Positions 31,514 to 32,824 of a DNA stretch of 32,824 bases are shown in pieces (position 1 is the first letter of the stretch; each line of letters starts with the position of its first letter). Source of the DNA: Eledone cirrhosa (Eukaryota); assembly GCA_964016885.1 (NCBI GenBank), contig CAXHJY010001507.1, positions 1 through 32,824 of the forward strand, written 5' to 3'. The position numbers and the translations under genes were made by a program. The notes beneath the pieces are model-generated. The model saw only the letters and a program-made list of their open reading frames with translations, was not told the DNA's origin and made no database searches.

Positions 31514-31741
31514 ACACCTAAAAAAAACCCAAAAAAACACACATACTCACTCACACACTTACGCGCAACCATAAACACACACATAAACACAAATACACAC
31601 ATAAAAACACACACACATATATAAAAAAAGTATATAAATATATACAAATATATATTCATGTACACGCACATACATACACATATACATACATACATACATA
31701 TATAAAATACATATACACATATACATACGCACACATATATA

Positions 31742-31798
<57 letters not shown>

Positions 31799-32169
31799 AT
31801 ATATATATATATACACATATATATACATACACACACACACACATATACATATATACACATTATATATATATACACACATACACCACACACACATACATAC
31901 ATATATATATACACATATATATACACACATAAATATATATACACAAATATATATAAATATATACATATATAATATATATATATATACATATACATACATA
32001 TATATATACATATACATACATATATATATATTACACACACACACGGATACACACACACATACACATACATACACAATACACACATATATATATACACAAG
32101 TGAATACACTCACACGCATACATACAAACACGAGTATACATATGTATAAATATCTATACACACACACAT

Positions 32170-32235
<66 letters not shown>

Positions 32236-32308
32236 ATATATACACATACATATACACACATACACATACATACACACACACATACACATATATACACATA
32301 CATACATA

Positions 32309-32349
<41 letters not shown>

Positions 32350-32359
32350 ATATATACAT

Positions 32360-32410
<51 letters not shown>

Positions 32411-32475
32411 TACATACACACACACACATATACATACATATATATATATCTCCCTAAACACACACATACAAATAC

Positions 32476-32506
<31 letters not shown>

Positions 32507-32524
32507 TATACATATATACACATG

Positions 32525-32556
<32 letters not shown>

Positions 32557-32714
32557 TATATATATACATACATATATCCATACATACACAAACATACACA
32601 TGCATACACAGACCTATACATAAATATACACATATATATACACACAGACCTATACATAAATATACACATATATATACAGAGATATAACGCACAAATACAC
32701 ACACATATATACAT

Positions 32715-32770
<56 letters not shown>

Positions 32771-32786
32771 GCATACACACACACAA

Positions 32787-32820
<34 letters not shown>

Positions 32821-32824
32821 TTAC
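31441..32824. repeat. A-rich tract followed by mixed (CA)n/(TA)n low-complexity sequence
   Basis: Directly visible; includes a 30-nt tandem duplication (ACAGACCTATACATAAATATACACATATAT) near 32607-32675. Confidence 0.95.

Overview
Eukaryotic, repeat-saturated DNA. The SINE families and microsatellite style resemble octopus (coleoid cephalopod); this is pattern recognition, not a search result. About 60% of the window is TA-based microsatellite, and almost every long ORF in the track is an artefact of it. Many retroelements sit in these arrays. (i) A young RTE-clade LINE has its 5' half (endonuclease) inverted relative to its 3' half (RT), with twin-priming junction signatures; rejoined, it gives an intact ~1031-aa ORF. 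(ii) Two copies of a short non-autonomous RTE derivative lie in tandem. (iii) There are fragments of HERO-like, R4/Dong-like and a second RTE LINE. (iv) There are two Penelope-like (PLE) GIY-YIG fragments. (v) Several tRNA-derived SINEs are present. The most notable hidden signal is hammerhead ribozyme (HHR) structure: three type I HHRs with non-standard cores, and two ~50-60 bp fold-back palindromes made of two mirror-image HHR 3' halves that share the same turn point and the same TA-repeat breakpoint. One probable host coding exon with a signal-peptide-like start lies at 16658-16793 (-), which would make much of the window intronic.
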